A DNA stretch of 64,000 nt, from positions 7,874,001-7,938,000 of the forward strand of contig JBHGNT010000022.1 of assembly GCA_043228905.1 (NCBI GenBank), read 5' to 3'. Under the pieces are notes generated by a model. It saw only the letters and a list, made by a program, of their open reading frames with translations, made no database searches and had not been told where the DNA came from. This DNA comes from Azolla caroliniana (taxonomy: Eukaryota > Plantae > Polypodiophyta). The position numbers and the translations under genes are program-made. How positions within the stretch are numbered: the stretch's first letter is position 1; each line of letters opens with the position of its first letter. Positions 23,127-36,804 of the stretch are shown in pieces.

Positions 23127-25739
23127 ATATCATTATCTAGAATACTTTCATGACCTAGAAGTTTTGTAAAATGTTGAATACAATTATGAATAATTACTTG
23201 TGAATTTGTACTCAAAGTTCCATCAATTTCTATGCGTACCACATTCATTCTGGCTTGAGATGCATGTAATCCATGAAAGAATTTATGTGAGACAGATTTA
23301 TGATCATATACCTCTTGTTTCTTGTCCCTCACCCGAAACTGTTGATAACTTCTAACCACAACATCTTGTAGGTCTTGATTCAATGTAACTTGAATATCCA
23401 ATAATACGTCATCCACCGAGTTTGAGACCAACAAAGCATTACACCTGTGTAATAATTGTTGGAGTGCTCTCACGTTTTGTTTACGGACAATTGCATGAGA
23501 AATCCCATACTATCGAGCAAACCGTTGAATATTAGAAAGGCAAACATCCCAAGAAGAAGCACCACCATTATTATCTTGTCTTCTAAATTCTCCCACTAGT
23601 TGTCCCATAGCATGTCTACAACGTTCATGCTCAAGAAAAGAAGAATTAAATCTAAGTGAGTGTCTTCCCAATAAAGCTTTAAAACCATCAACCCCTTGAT
23701 GTGTGCATTCCAGCATAACTGGAAAATGATCAGACGATGCAATACCTCTATATACCTGCATAATCAACACTTCCGGCAACAACCATTCATCATGCATTAT
23801 ATATATGTGATCCAACCTACTCCATGTTGATCTGAATTGTGTGGATTGGAAAGTATACCCATAATCTGTTCCATTAATCCAAAGCCATGCATCATACTTC
23901 AAAACCTCTATTGCAAACAAGTCCCAAGCCGCTCTTTGTGGAGCATCCATCAAACTATGCATCGAAGCAGATTGCCCCACCTCTGAACACATATTGAAAT
24001 CACCCAATAAAAATCTTGGATTTCCATTACTAAGAACTTCATTCAAACATTGCCAAAGTTCAATACGTTGAGAAACTTCATTTGGTGCATAAATACCAAC
24101 AATCCAAACCCTTTGCCCTTCATAATTTATCTCAACCACTATGTTCCAACCATGTATATCACTTTGAACCACCACTGGTTGCAAGGTGTCTTTAACAATA
24201 AGAATTACACTAGAATAAAGTCCACTAGTGACACCTGCATAGCAAACATGATACCCATTATGCTGAATAAAAGACCCAGACTTAGCATGGTCCTTATGCT
24301 CTACTGCACACAATATATCCCATTGCCCCTCAAAAACATTTTTCCACATACCAAACTTCTTAGAAGGAGAACAAACACCCCTTACATTCCACATGACCAT
24401 CTTCATCAACACTAATTAGGTTACTTCATCAACACCTGATCGCGTTCCTGTTGAGCTAATATCTCTGGGATATCTCCAAAATAATCACTTAAGACTACAA
24501 AAGCATTTTGTATAGATGGTAGCTGGTTATTGACCAATGCCTCTATGACTCTTGAATTACCTCCTTTCCAAAGTTGCTTCTCTAATGGGGAAATGAGTTT
24601 ACCAGTGTTATCAAATCTAAGGTTAAAAGGTCTTGATCCTTTATTTGATTGATATTGAGACCTATGCCAGGGTTTTGATTTTCGTTGAAATTGATTGGAA
24701 ATCACATTTGATAACACCAAAGGCTTGCTAGATGAACCTATGAGTTCCTGTCTTTGTTATAATGGAATATTCTCCTTATGATATCGTGAGAACCTTCCAT
24801 TAGCACCAACCTTGGTCCAAGGTCTTTCCTCTGTTTCAGACTCTTCTAGCACTTCTTCTACAACACGTTTACCTTTTTATTCCGAAGGCACTATTATTTT
24901 TTCTGTACCTATATTTACCTCCTGACTTTTGATCCTCTCATGTTCTTGCGGTACTTGATTTAGCATTACCATATCAAAACAAGGGGTATTAGGACCCTCA
25001 CTAACTGGTATTTGTTGACATTCAGCCATAAAATGACCCAATCCACCACATTTGAAACAATGACCAGCAAATGAACCCCAATGCCATTGGCAAAGAAATG
25101 ATTGCGTTTCCTCCGATTTTATATTTAACCACAAAGGTCTCTTCTTAGTTGTATTCCACAACATACATAACCTATATCTATTACGCGCTTTTGGATCTAG
25201 AGAAACTATCACTTTTCCAAGTTGTTCCATTACACTTTGTATAATGGGCCACAAAAATGAGAATTCACACTCTACTTCAACCCATATTGGACACTCCTGC
25301 TTCAAAATCTATTCAAATTCTACTAATGGTCACCATGGAACAATGCATACCAACTTATTATTGAAGAAAACTAGGATACGAGATAATAATCTATCTCTTT
25401 GTTCTTCAGTATGAAATATAACCTCAAAAAAACCTATTGGACCTTTATACATATCCTCCACAGTATTTCTACCCAACACAACATTTAACCATTGACGCAC
25501 CCAATCAACTAGGGGAATTTTTCCAGTAAAGAAACAAATAATACCTCGATCATGGAACATGGTAAAGGCCTTCAAGATGTCCTTGCAGGGTAGCTCCACC
25601 TCCACAATATCATCGCCTCTTCCTCACCTTCAACCGCAACTTGGGCATATGATGGCTTCTACACCGTATCTATATCCTCCTTTTGCTGATTCGGATGATC
25701 AATCTTCTGTTTCTTCAAATTGATATCTTCAGTCACCAT
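23127..25739 (-). mobile_element. L1/Tx1-type LINE, 5' part: ORF1 (DUF4283-like plus zinc knuckle, ~25739-24421) and ORF2 endonuclease (24412-23510) and linker
   Basis: ORF1 GFFEVIF / PIWVE / HCFKCGGLGHFMAEC; APE motifs WNVRG, GIYAPN, LGDFN, WSRLDHIY, SDHFPV. In-frame stops present. Confidence 0.88.
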
Positions 25740-25791
25740 CGTGAGAGAAAGAGAAAGAGAAAGAGCATTCTCTCTTCCTCTTCTTCCCTAA

Positions 25792-25969
25792 TTCTTCTTC
25801 TTCTTCTTCTTCTTCTTCTTCTTCTTCTTCTTCTTCTTCCTCTTCGTCTTCCTCTTCTTCTTCTTCTTCTTCTTCTTCTTCTTCTTCTTCTTCTTCTTCT
25901 TCTTCTTCTTCTTTTTCTTCTTCCTCTTCTTCTTCTTCTTCTTCTCTCTCTCTCTCTCTCTCTCTCTCT
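25792..25969. repeat. Compound microsatellite (CTT)n followed by (CT)n
   Basis: Directly visible; lies between two head-to-head LINEs. Confidence 0.98.
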
Positions 25970-28900
25970 TGAAAGAAACACCAAAAATCACGCAAAAACA
26001 TCCTAATACCATGGATGTGTTAGATGTAAAGGAGCAATATGAAATCAAAAGAAGAAAGAATAATATTGTCATTAGAGGTATGCAAGAGAATGAAATAGAG
26101 AATGCATTATCTCTTGGACAAAATATTACGAAATTCTTTGAGGATCACTTTGCTATGAGAGATGTTATTGTATATGCCGCGCATCGGGTTGGCAAAAAGC
26201 AACAGGAGGGAAAGACATCTCGAGCTATTGTTTGTACAATCCTCGATTAACGTAAAAGGGCAATGATTCTAGATAGTAGTAAGGTGTACTTAAAAGGGAC
26301 AAGTTATTTTGTAACGGAGGATAGAACTCCACAAGAGCAAGAACGTAGAAGGCAAGCATATGCATCTTGGAAAGCAAATCAAAATGCATAGCAAGCAATG
26401 ACCTATGGGACTATAAGTGCTTCACAATTGAAAGTAATGTTTTGGAATTGTAGAGGATGTCCATGGAATAAGGGTTTAGGACTCAATGATGTAGCTCAAG
26501 GTATGGATATTATATTTTTGGCTGAAACATGGGAGCATGAGGCAAAACGTATACCTAAGATAGATGGTTACCTCATAAAATCAATATGGCCTCACTCCAA
26601 AGGGAATATTGGGCATGTCGGGATAGCATGTATCTACCATGAGAGCTTAGATCATTCTATCAAAGTATGCAAATATGATGACTATAAGAGATACATATGG
26701 ATAGAGGTTAATTTGGGGAAAGAGAAGTTGTATATAGTTGCATGTTACATTCCTCACAAAGACTCAAACTACTATAGTAGGTTTGCATTAGATTGTGATG
26801 ATCCTTTTACAGAGTTATGCCATGATATACTTTCATTTGAGAGGCTTGGTAAAGTTTTAATTATGGGAGACTTCAATGCAAGAGTTGGAAATTTCCAAAA
26901 CGTGGAGACATTTGAAGAAAATGTAGTAGAACATTGTCTATTGCGTGACTCAGAGGATTGTGTCATGTCAGATTATGGAAAACTTTTGATACATATGCTA
27001 AATTGCACAAACATGATTATCTTAAATGGTATAAAGGCATTCCCATTGACAAATGTGCTCACATGTTTACCATCCTCGGGTGGAGGAAGTGTGGTTGATT
27101 ATGCATTAATGTTGGCATGTGATCTATCATTGGTGAATGTGTTTAAAGTTGCTTCTCTATCTCCGGACTCACACCACAAGCCATTGTACTTAGAGCTTGC
27201 AATTCCACATTCCACTAGATGTCATGAAGTGAAAAACGAAAAGAGATGTATCATCCAACCTTGCTACGAAAAAGCTAAGATGTATGCAAATGAAGTGGAG
27301 AACCATTTGTTAAATTTTTCTCTGAGCAACGATGTTAAAGAAAATTGGAAACATTTGAAGGATATAATCCTTAAGCTTGGATATCAATGCTTTAAGAGAC
27401 ATGTGGGGGGGCATAAGGTGTGTAGTTTTCCATGTAATTCTTGGTTCGACGATGAATGTAAGATGTATCTCAAATGGTTTAAGTCCATAGAAGGGGGGAA
27501 TGAAAAGATTGTTGCATAACACATATACAAGAAAGTAGTGAGGAGAAAGAAAAGAAGATATTTCCAAATGCAAGAGATGAAAAAGAAAAACTTGTTTAAG
27601 CTCAAACCAAAATTAGCATGGGGACAACTCAAGGGTAAGAAAGAAGATGTGAAAGGTCACTTTACAAATGAAGAGATGCTAGACTATGTACAAAGGTTAT
27701 GTATGCATGAAGGTGTGGTTCTTATGGTTGAGAAAATTGAAACTCCATGCACTACATGTATCGATATTGATGATGTCAATAAGGGAATAAAGAAGATGGC
27801 AAGTGGGAAAGTAGTAGATTCAATCGACGTCTCAAGAAGGCTTTTAAAATGGACAATGCCACACACTCGTCATTGGATAATGACAATTTTAGAGCAAGCT
27901 ATAAAACAAGGATTTCCAAATGATTGGCTTATGAATTGGATTAAACCAATATTTAAAGGCAGAGATAAGAATCAAGTAGCAAATTATCGTACAATAATGG
28001 TGAGCTCAACTATTGCTAAATTATATAGTACTATTATGGAGCAAAAGATAAGCACATGGGCTGAGAGTACAAGCAAAAGAGCACTTAGGCAAGCCGGATT
28101 TAGACCAAAACACTCCACTGTGGATCATTTGGTCACATTAAGAGTAATCATGGAAGAGAGTCAACTACAAGGAAAAACACTTTATTGTTGTTTTGTTAAT
28201 TTCAAGAAAGCTTTTGATACCATACCATGAAGTGAGCTTTGGAATAGAATGGTAGTCATTGACATGCCATTAGAGTACCGAGTTGCGGTTGCACGCCTAT
28301 ATGAACAAGTTAAATGCCAACTAAAAATGGATAGTGGATTCTCAAAGAGACTTTTAAGTAACATGGGGGTCAAGCAAGGATGTCCACTATCACCCACACT
28401 CTTTGGCTTATGTATTGATAAATTAGAAGAAGTGGTGAATAAGGTTGCAAGAGAAGAAGGATTGAATGGCCCCAATTTGATGCAACATGTTATCTTATTG
28501 CTTCTATATGCAGATGATGTGGTACTCTTCTCATATGATGTTGATAGTATGCAACATTTACTTGGGGTATTAGAAGAATTTTGCCAAAGTAATGGACTAG
28601 CAATGAATGTGGAGAAAACAAAAATGATGGTAGTGCAAACCATCCAACCTCATCATTACCCTATGCTCACATATAAAGGTGAACATATACAATTTGTTCA
28701 AAGCTTTAAATATATTGGTATTGATGTACCCGCCACAAATAAATGGAGTGCATGCTTTGATTCTAGACTCCAAGCCGGTTGGAAATCATATTACCTTTTG
28801 GAGAACCAATGCAACCAAAGTGATACTTGTGGATGGGAAGTAAAATTAATGTTGATCGATGCCATGGTAACTCAAGTATTGCTTTATGGAGTAGAAGTAT

Positions 28901-29790
28901 GGGGTGGCACCATCTCTCTTAATGCATGGAATGAGATTGAGAAAATTCAAAAGATGTTTTTAAGGAGGCAATTAGGAGTTAAATGCACTACCTCTTACTA
29001 GGTTACTAGGTTATGCTATTGGCACTCCAAAGAGTATATAAATACATTATAAAAGTCAAGAATATGCCGAATCATCGATTACCACATCTTTCTTGGAATG
29101 TTGGATGTAAGCTACAAAAGAATCATAAAAGTAAGATTCTCTCATCTGGTTGGGTTGTCGACATAAAGAAATGGTTTAGAAGATGGGGTGTGGATGATCT
29201 TTTAGAGCTTTCAGGCAATGGTATGCAATATGTAATGATTGAGGAAAGGTTGGTGGAATCATTAAGGATGAAGTGGGAGGATGCTAAGAGGACAAAGCTA
29301 GAATACTACATTGCAAATGTCAACCCTGAATGTTGGTTTCAATACAAAGCAAGAATGTCTATTGATCGTATCCAACCTTATCTCATTACCAATAAGAGTA
29401 GCAATGCTCATAGAGCGCTTACACTACTTCGCACTCGATCTCACAAGTTAGGTATTGAAGTTGCATCATGGTATCAAAATGTAACGAATTTGAAGACATG
29501 TAAAGTATGCAATGAAGGCATGGTAGAGGATGAATGTCACTTTCTCTTCACATGCTCGACATATAGTGCAATTTGTTCAAGATATGTTGACATACTAAGA
29601 GGGAGTGATAACTTAAGATCCATACTTAAGACACCACCTAGAAGGTTGAGCTCTTATGTGTATGCTTAATTAACTCATAGAGACTTTGTGCTTCAACATA
29701 TGAATACCCCTTCTTAGGAAGGAGACATATATCAAGAACACATGTATACTCTGGTCCCATAGGTCAAAATTGATTCTCCTCAACATACTA
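25970..29790 (+). mobile_element. RTE-X-like non-LTR retrotransposon (5'-truncated ORF1 plus APE-RT-CCHC ORF2), decayed
   Basis: ORF1 RRKNNIVIRG..AHRVG..LKGTSYFVTEDRT. ORF2 FWNCRG, MGDFNARVG, SVVDY, QAGFR..HST.DH, FKKAFDTI, GVKQGCPLSP, LLYADD, LLYGVEVWG and C-terminal CKVC...EDECHFLFTC. Confidence 0.8.
26398..29669 (+). pseudogene. RTE-X-like ORF2 (endonuclease-reverse transcriptase)
   Basis: Four consecutive ORF pieces with stops at 27517, 28228 and 28999 and a frame break near 29005. Confidence 0.85.
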
Positions 29791-29799
29791 GAGGACTTA

Positions 29800-30740
29800 G
29801 GATTTTAGGGTTTGAGAGATTTGATTCTAGTATTTGACTTCTTACTCGGGATATTTTAGGGTTTGGATTTCTTAAAAAATGGCTTCTTTGGCATCTCGGT
29901 GATAGTCAACTCGGTGGCCGGTTGCGGAAGGGAAGTTGTACTGGCACGAGAGCTACTCCAAATCGAGGCAACATAACGGTCAGAAGTAGTCAGATTCGGA
30001 GCCCCCAGACTCACCGTCGCCGGTTTATTTTAGCCCCATTGGTTGATTTATAACCGATTATTGTAATAACTACCGAAATCGTGGTGTCAAGCCTAAGAAT
30101 TGTAAAAAATTAAAAACAAAAACCCTAATTTATATCAAAACTTATGGTTTATTTTAACTGGATTATTTTAGCCTTTGATAGGGTTTGAGAGATTTGCTTC
30201 TAGTATTCTACTTCATAGTCAAGATAGTTTAGGGTTTGGATTTCTTAAACAACGGCTTTTTCAACATCTCTGTGGTAGTCAACTCATTGGCCGATTGCGA
30301 AAGGGAGGTTGTACTGGCACGGGGGCTACTTCGAATCAAGGCAACATAGCCGTCCGAAGTAGTCAAGCTCAGAGCCCACTAGACTCGCCTTCAGTAGATT
30401 ATTTTAGGCTTTGATTATTTGATAACCAATCGTTGTAAAAACCACCAAAATCATGGTGTCAATCCTAGCAATTTTAAAGACAATAAAACCCCTTTTGCTT
30501 CATAGGTGTTTTTTATTAATCATGAAACTGATTCTATGTAAGAATGAAAACCACCAAAATCGTGCTATTAAACCTATCTGTTTATTAAAGCCTATTTTAT
30601 ATCATAACGTATGCATATTTTCCCCATGTCTTTGTCTTAATCTCCCATTTCTTCACCTCTTCTATCTCCTAGGTCTAAGGCCCCGGCGGTCCCATTCGAG
30701 CGACACACGCACACAAAGCTTTGCGACACCGGTTGAGACA
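29800..30740 (+). repeat. Two diverged ~375-bp tandem units followed by a D-family-like U5 end; probable LTR remnant
   Basis: Units start near 29803 and 30176 (tagggtttgagagatttg...gttgtactggcacg). The motif ggtctaaggccccggcggtccca and a terminal gagaCA at 30740 lie where copia E is cut. Confidence 0.55.
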
Positions 30741-33700
30741 TGTAAATGTCTTCTTCCAGATCTCCGTGTAGGAATGTTGTCTTTACGTCCATCTACTCAA
30801 GCTCTAGAACTTCTGTCGCCAAAACTCCTAGTAAGAGTCGGAGGGTGGTCATTTTGACTACTGCTAAGAATATCTCGTCGTAGTCGAACCCGTGTTCTTG
30901 TTTAAACCCTTTCGCGACAAGCCAAGCTTTGTACTTTGGTTTCTCTGATTCAGATACATACTTGTATCGGAAGACCCATTTGCAAGGTAGCGGCTTTCTT
31001 CCAGCTGGTAGTTCGACCAACTCCCATGTCTGATTCTTGTGAATTGAGTCCATTTCGGATTTCATGGCTTGTAGGCATGTATCAGCGTTTGGTGCAGGCA
31101 TAGATTCGTCATATGTGCCTAGTTCCCTACATCGGTGTAGTTGACATAATTGAGGCCCGGTTGATAGAACTCCATCGGCCTTCGAGCTCGTCCAGATCTC
31201 CTGGGTGCCGAGATAACTGGTTCGGGTTCTTCGATCGGCTCTGTGGGTCGATCACTATTTGTTGAACCATTTGTGTCAGGAGTCTTGTTAGATGACCTTC
31301 CCCCAAGTCAGGATTTCGGTGGTGTCATGTTGTCCTCCCCTATGGACTTTGTCGACTCGCATCTTGTTGACTTGCCTTGTTCGACTCTTGTCGAATTGGC
31401 TCTGTCTTTGATGACTTTGTCTTCAATTTTGACTAGTAGACTTCCTACTGATTCGGAGTCGGTAGGTATGTTGTTGGCTTGATCAAGTCTGACTGTTTGT
31501 TGAATCTATGAGTCAAACCAGTGGGTCGGTCCTTCTACAACGTCTCTGTCTTCTTTGAAGGATACCTTTTTACCAACTGTTTTCTGATGGTTCCGCTGAG
31601 GGAAGATAGGGTCTTCATTGAAGACTACGTCATTGCTCCAGATCAATTTCCGGTTCTCTAGGTCCCATAGCCTGTAGCCGAATTCCCCATTAGTTTTGTA
31701 ACCGAGAAATATGCATTTCATTGCATGGGGTGCTAACTTGGTCCTTTTCTCCCTGGGGATAAATGCATAGGCTTCGAATCCGAATATATGGAGCCTATCA
31801 TAGGTCGGTTGTTTGCCTCACCATAGTGCTTGTGGCACTTTGAGCCTGATTGCTTTCGACAACGAAAGATTTAGTAGGTATACTACTTGTGCAATACCTC
31901 AGCCCTGATTGCTTTCAACGGCGAAATATTTAGTAGGTATACTGCCTCTACAATGCATCGACCCTGAACTCTTGCTTTATTCCAGCTTGCTAGAGCATTG
32001 TCGTCACCCTCTCCTGAAGCGTTCGGTTGATCCGTTCTGCCACTCCATTCTGCATGGGTGTGTAAGGAACGGTCCTTTGATGCCGGATCCCTTTGTCAGA
32101 CAGGTACTATTTGAAGGCTCTAGAGGTGTACTCACCCCGATTGTCGAATCAGAGTGTCTACACTCTGTGTACCCACCGGTTCTCCACTTCAGATGCCCAC
32201 CGAGTGAAGACCTCGAGTGCTTCGTCTTTGGACCTAATCAAGTAAGCCCAAACCTTCCGTGTACACTCATCTATGAATGTGATGAAGTACCGGGAGCCTC
32301 CTAGTGATCATTCTGGCATGGGCCCACATATATTTGTGTGCACAAGAGCTCTAGGGGTTGTCTTACTGTCTTGTAGTGAAGAGAGTGTGGACTTCGGGTC
32401 TGTTTCCCGTATCGACAATGCTCAAAGAAGTCCATCTTTGCTTGGAGTTTAGGGATGTAGCCAACCGCCATCAGCCGATTGAGTCCGACTTGAGACAAAT
32501 GGCCAAGTCTACTATGTCATATATTTGGGTCAGTCTTTTTGGCTACGTTCACAGCCCCTTCTGAATTGATCGCCATTAATGGCTATAGGTTATTGTACTT
32601 GTGCCCGCCTCCTATCTTCAGGTTTCCTCAGTTGATCATCCATGTTGACTCAGTTAGAGTCATTCGATACCCATGTTCGGCTAACATGTAGATGGAGACC
32701 AGACTCCTTTTCTTTTCAGATCGGGTATGTGCCAGACTTGGTGCAAGGTGATCATGTTGTCATTGGGCTATCGGATGGGAACCTCTCCGGTCCGTGCAAT
32801 TTTGCACTCCTACCCGTCGGCTAGTCGGACTGTGCCGATGGAATCAACTAAATAGTTCGAAAACCATTCAATGTTGGGGGTCACGTGGAATGTGGCACCG
32901 GAATCCAGTAACCAATGTGTGCATCTTGTGCATTGTAGAGGACTTCTCCGATCATTGAATACTCTAAGGAGAGAATTTCCCTTGATCGGGTGTCGGCAAC
33001 GTTGATTTGCTTGCCGACTGGAGAGTGGTCCGAGTCGGGTCATCCTTGATTCCACTCAGATCATCTACCACTCTCTTTCCTCTTGATCGACCAACAGTCA
33101 GAAATATTGTGGCCAACTTTTCTAGAATGTGTGTAGAATCGCTTGATCGGCCTGTTCTCCACTTCGACTGTTGTCGGTCTCCCCTCGTTTTTTATCAACT
33201 ATGGTGTTGACTGGCTCTATCAGCTTGTTCTCTAGATTGACTTAATCGGTCAACTGACTCGGTCCAGTGGTTACATTGATTTTGAACGAATGTCCTTGAT
33301 GAGGATTTAGCCGATCGTCTCATCCAAGTTTAGGATCGGTCGGCTATTAGCGTATGTGGTGCAGAATACCTCCCAGCTCGTCGGCAAGCTCGATAGGAGG
33401 GCAAGGGTTTTCACTTCTTCTTCGAAGTTGATCCATTGTGAGTAGAGTTCTAACAACACCCGATTGAAGGTGTTGAGGTGGGAGGTAGCTGGATTGGTCT
33501 CTCTCATCTTCATGCTGAACAGTTGTTTGATCAAAATCAGTTTTGAAGATGAGGATTTTTTTTCGTACATAGCTTGTAGCTTCTCCCACAATGAGAATGT
33601 TGTCGTCTCTTTTGCCAGGCTGATGTAGACATTTTCGGTCAGATGCATTCAAATGGTAGAGAATGCGATTTCGTCTTTATATCTCCACTCTTCAGCTATC

Positions 33701-34222
33701 ATCGAGGCAAGTTTTTCATTGTGTCAAATGGCTTCGACTTGTCTTCTAATGATCAACACGTCCTACATCATCTCCTTCCATAGGGCAAAGTTTTTTCCAT
33801 CGAATTGTCTAATTTCAACTCCTGTTCCGGATGTTGAAGCCTTGTTCTTCTTTGAAAGTGAGATTTTCTTACCTAGTCTTTTTCCTTTCAGCTTTTTCTT
33901 TTGTTTGTTGCCATCGAGTAGCAAGTTGCTCTGATACCGGTTGATGGTCCAATGTGCGTGCAGAAACGTATGTGAGGACCTGTCGTATGTGCTTGGCAAA
34001 AAACATAGAAGGAAGACAAGAGAATAGATAGAAGATATACACAATTTAAGCTTTAATGGAAGCTTTGTTATTACATTCTCTCTCTCTCAGAGACTCTGTA
34101 CAAGAATCATCAAGAGTTCTTCTTTTACAATGTTAGGTTATCACTTATATACTAAACCCTAACTATATGGACAACTTCACACTAGGATACAAAGTAGAAG
34201 GAGTCGGCCTTTTATGCCAACA
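30741..34222 (-). mobile_element. Ty1/copia element E (Tork-like), 5' LTR to mid-RT, heavily decayed and 3'-truncated
   Basis: LTR 33942-34222 (minus TGTTGGC...CATCA) and mutated Met PBS 33928-33939. gag FDGKNFALWK, protease WLLDSGATFH, KCIFLGY, and RT TWELVELP...DVKTTFLHGDLEEDIY ending at 30741. Confidence 0.85.
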
Positions 34223-34225
34223 AGA

Positions 34226-35353
34226 TTTTGGGAAACATGTCCCTCCAGATGGGAAGAGAAGTGCCATGTTGGTGAGTATCGAAACCAAAACCAAAACCAA
34301 AACCAAAATCAAAATAAAAAACAGAAATCGTTTCGGAAGACTATAATTGTAAATAGTCTAAAATGCCTTTGGGGGTTATAGTTGTAAATAGACAGAAAGT
34401 TGCTTTTGTTTATAAGCAACTAGGGCAAACTTTATAGATGTGTGTGCACGATCATTATTGAAAGTTAGAACGAGGTAGTTGCCTCTGTAACCAGGAGTGA
34501 GAGAGACAGAGTGTAACTCTGTAGCCGTCTGTCAGACGAAGGAGAACTCGAGGTCGTTGCTTCCGAGTTCCATATTTGTACTTCCTCTCTACTATAGTGA
34601 TATGTTTTCTCGGCGTTTGTGGGCCCCCGTGGTTTTTCCCATTTCAGGTTTTCCACGTAAAATATCGGTGTCTTAGTGTCTTCATGTTTTTCTACCTGTG
34701 TACTAGTTCTTGGTTTCTACGCACGAATACGAACATGAAACCGATTGTGGACAGTCGATTCCTAACAAGTTGTATCAGAGCAATGCAAGACTCGTTCGGT
34801 GGCATGTTTAGGTTAACTAGATCCAACTACTCAGTGTGGAAGTGGACGATGAGAGACATGCTCGTGTGCAAAGACCTCTGGCTGCCAGTGTAGTTCGGAG
34901 ATAAAAGACTAGACAAGATCGATGCAACGACTTGGGAAGTGTTGCATCTGAAGACGGCCGCATATATAAGGTGTTTTATAGACATGAATCTATACAACAA
35001 CTTCGGTGAAGAAACAGAAATAGACGTCCTATGGAAGAAGATCAACATCATGTTCGAAAACAAGAACGTCGTGAACTGAGTCTCAGTATTTCGAAAAATC
35101 GTGAGGCTCTGGTATCACGATGGCTCCAGTATGGTGTAGCACATCAATGCCTTCCAAGGATTGATGAACCAAACCACCTCTCTAGAAGTACCTATTGCCG
35201 ATGAGGTAATCGTATTATTGTTGCTAGGATCCCTTCCGAACAGTTGGGAAACGCTCGTTGTCACTTTGGGCAACGCCAGGTCGGAAGGGAAGCATTTATC
35301 CCTAGAACAAGTGAAGTCGACCTTGCTGAATGAAGGAGCTCATCGAAAGAAGG
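34226..35353 (+). mobile_element. Ty1/copia fragment F (relative of B): 5' LTR 34226-34767, PBS, gag start
   Basis: The LTR start and U5 resemble the B LTR, followed by ttgtatcagagc. gag MQDSFGGMFRLTRSNYSVWK is near-identical to the B gag start. Confidence 0.85.
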
Positions 35354-36370
35354 TGACACGATTTGGGAAAGAGGTTGACATGCGGAGAATGACAACCCAG
35401 GAAGAGGGTCGGGAAGACGAGAAGCCCGAGGAGGATCCTTCATACCGGATCTAGAGACTTCGGCGGTCAGCACTGGAGCCGGCGTAAGACCAAGATACTG
35501 ACGGTGTCGGCGAGGGGACGAGGGAAAGGCAGCGGAAGACCGGTCCTATGGGGTCCTCACACCAATTCCGGAGACACTGGCAGTGCAAGCCAACGAGGCG
35601 ACGTAAGACCAAGGAGAAAGACGGTGGCGGCAGGAAACAGGAACTGGCGATGAAGGGATTGTGGGGGGGCGATCCTACGCCGATCCTCACGCCGATCCGG
35701 AGACACCGGCAGTTCAAGCCGACATGGCAACGTGACACCAAGTGAGAAGGATGGTGGCATCAGGTGAACAAGATCAAGTAGGGTTGACGAAGGCAGGGCG
35801 ACAAGGAGGTATCGGGCCGGCAAGACGACCACAAACCGAAACAGACCTTCCAGCAAGGTCATGAGGATAAAGGAAGTCGATCCTATGGGGTCCTCACATA
35901 GGTTCCGGAGACCCTGGCAGTGCAATCCGGCGAGGCGACGTAAGACCAAGGAGAAGGACGGTGGTAGCGGGAAACGCGACCCGACAACAACGAAAGCCGG
36001 CAAGACGGGGTAGTCGGGGTGCGAAACCTTTACCGGCCAGTTACGATTTCTGAAGGGCCGACAAGGCAAGCATGAAGCGGTGTGTCGGGTCGGAAAGGCA
36101 CACCTAGAGCTGAAGAAGGATCGTGTGAGTGGCCATCAAGGGCTGAAATCAAAGCACGACTAAGGGGGCGACGTTCAGTGCGGGCGGCACCGAACAAGGG
36201 AACAAAAGACGGCACACAATGATGCCAGGAACATGGATGAGGGCGGGCTACAAGCTGCACGGTTGAAGACAGGAGGCAATATCGACGTCCGGAGGAGGAT
36301 CCTCCACACCCGCTTCGGAGATCTCGGTGGCTCAATCAGATTGGCAACGACTGGCGTGGCGTGCTAAACC

Positions 36371-36463
36371 TGTCAGGAACAGTACCAAGACAGAGAAGGA
36401 ATTAGTACTAAAAGAAGTATTAGTACTAAGAGAGGTGAAGAACTCTCGAGAGAAGGAAAGAGT

Positions 36464-36503
<40 letters not shown>

Positions 36504-36804
36504 GAGATGATAAGAAAAGATATATATTATGTGAAGAGAGTGTACAGTAATAACTAGGAGGCTTAAGACTGGCGTTGAACCGATTTGGTTTGAAATAATG
36601 CCTCGTGCCTCCTTTTATAGTGTTCTAAGGAATACTCTTGAAGTTTCTAGAATGTTCCAGAGAAATCTGGAATATACATCAATTTTTCTATAATAAAACA
36701 TAAATGAAAATAATATTTTATGTATTACAATGTATGGTCTAATGGTCAAGAGCTCGACCCATGTAGCATAAGGTCATGGGTTCGAGTCTTGCCATATCAT
36801 GATA
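36371..36804 (-). mobile_element. Solo LTR of a Tcn1-like chromovirus family (related to LTR 58595-59004)
   Basis: TGTCA...catgaTA (CA to TA) with 5-bp TSD AAACC on both sides. Removing it restores colinearity with copy 2 (39115-39160). Confidence 0.85.
36735..36789 (+). promoter_or_regulatory. tRNA-like A box / B box module in the solo LTR
   Basis: TGGTCTAATGG ... AGGTC ... GGTTCGAGTCT, box starts 44 nt apart. Confidence 0.65.

Noticed and set aside
25683-26072. Poly-Leu, poly-Glu, poly-Arg and poly-Lys ORFs
   Set aside because: Translations of the (CTT)n/(CT)n microsatellite in different frames.
29800-30240. Interstitial telomere
   Set aside because: Only isolated TTTAGGG motifs, no tandem array.
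36725-36800. Possible functional tRNA genes (also 11617-11690 and 58910-58982)
   Set aside because: Acceptor and anticodon stems do not pair; only the A/B boxes and T-arm persist, so they are reported as tRNA-like modules.
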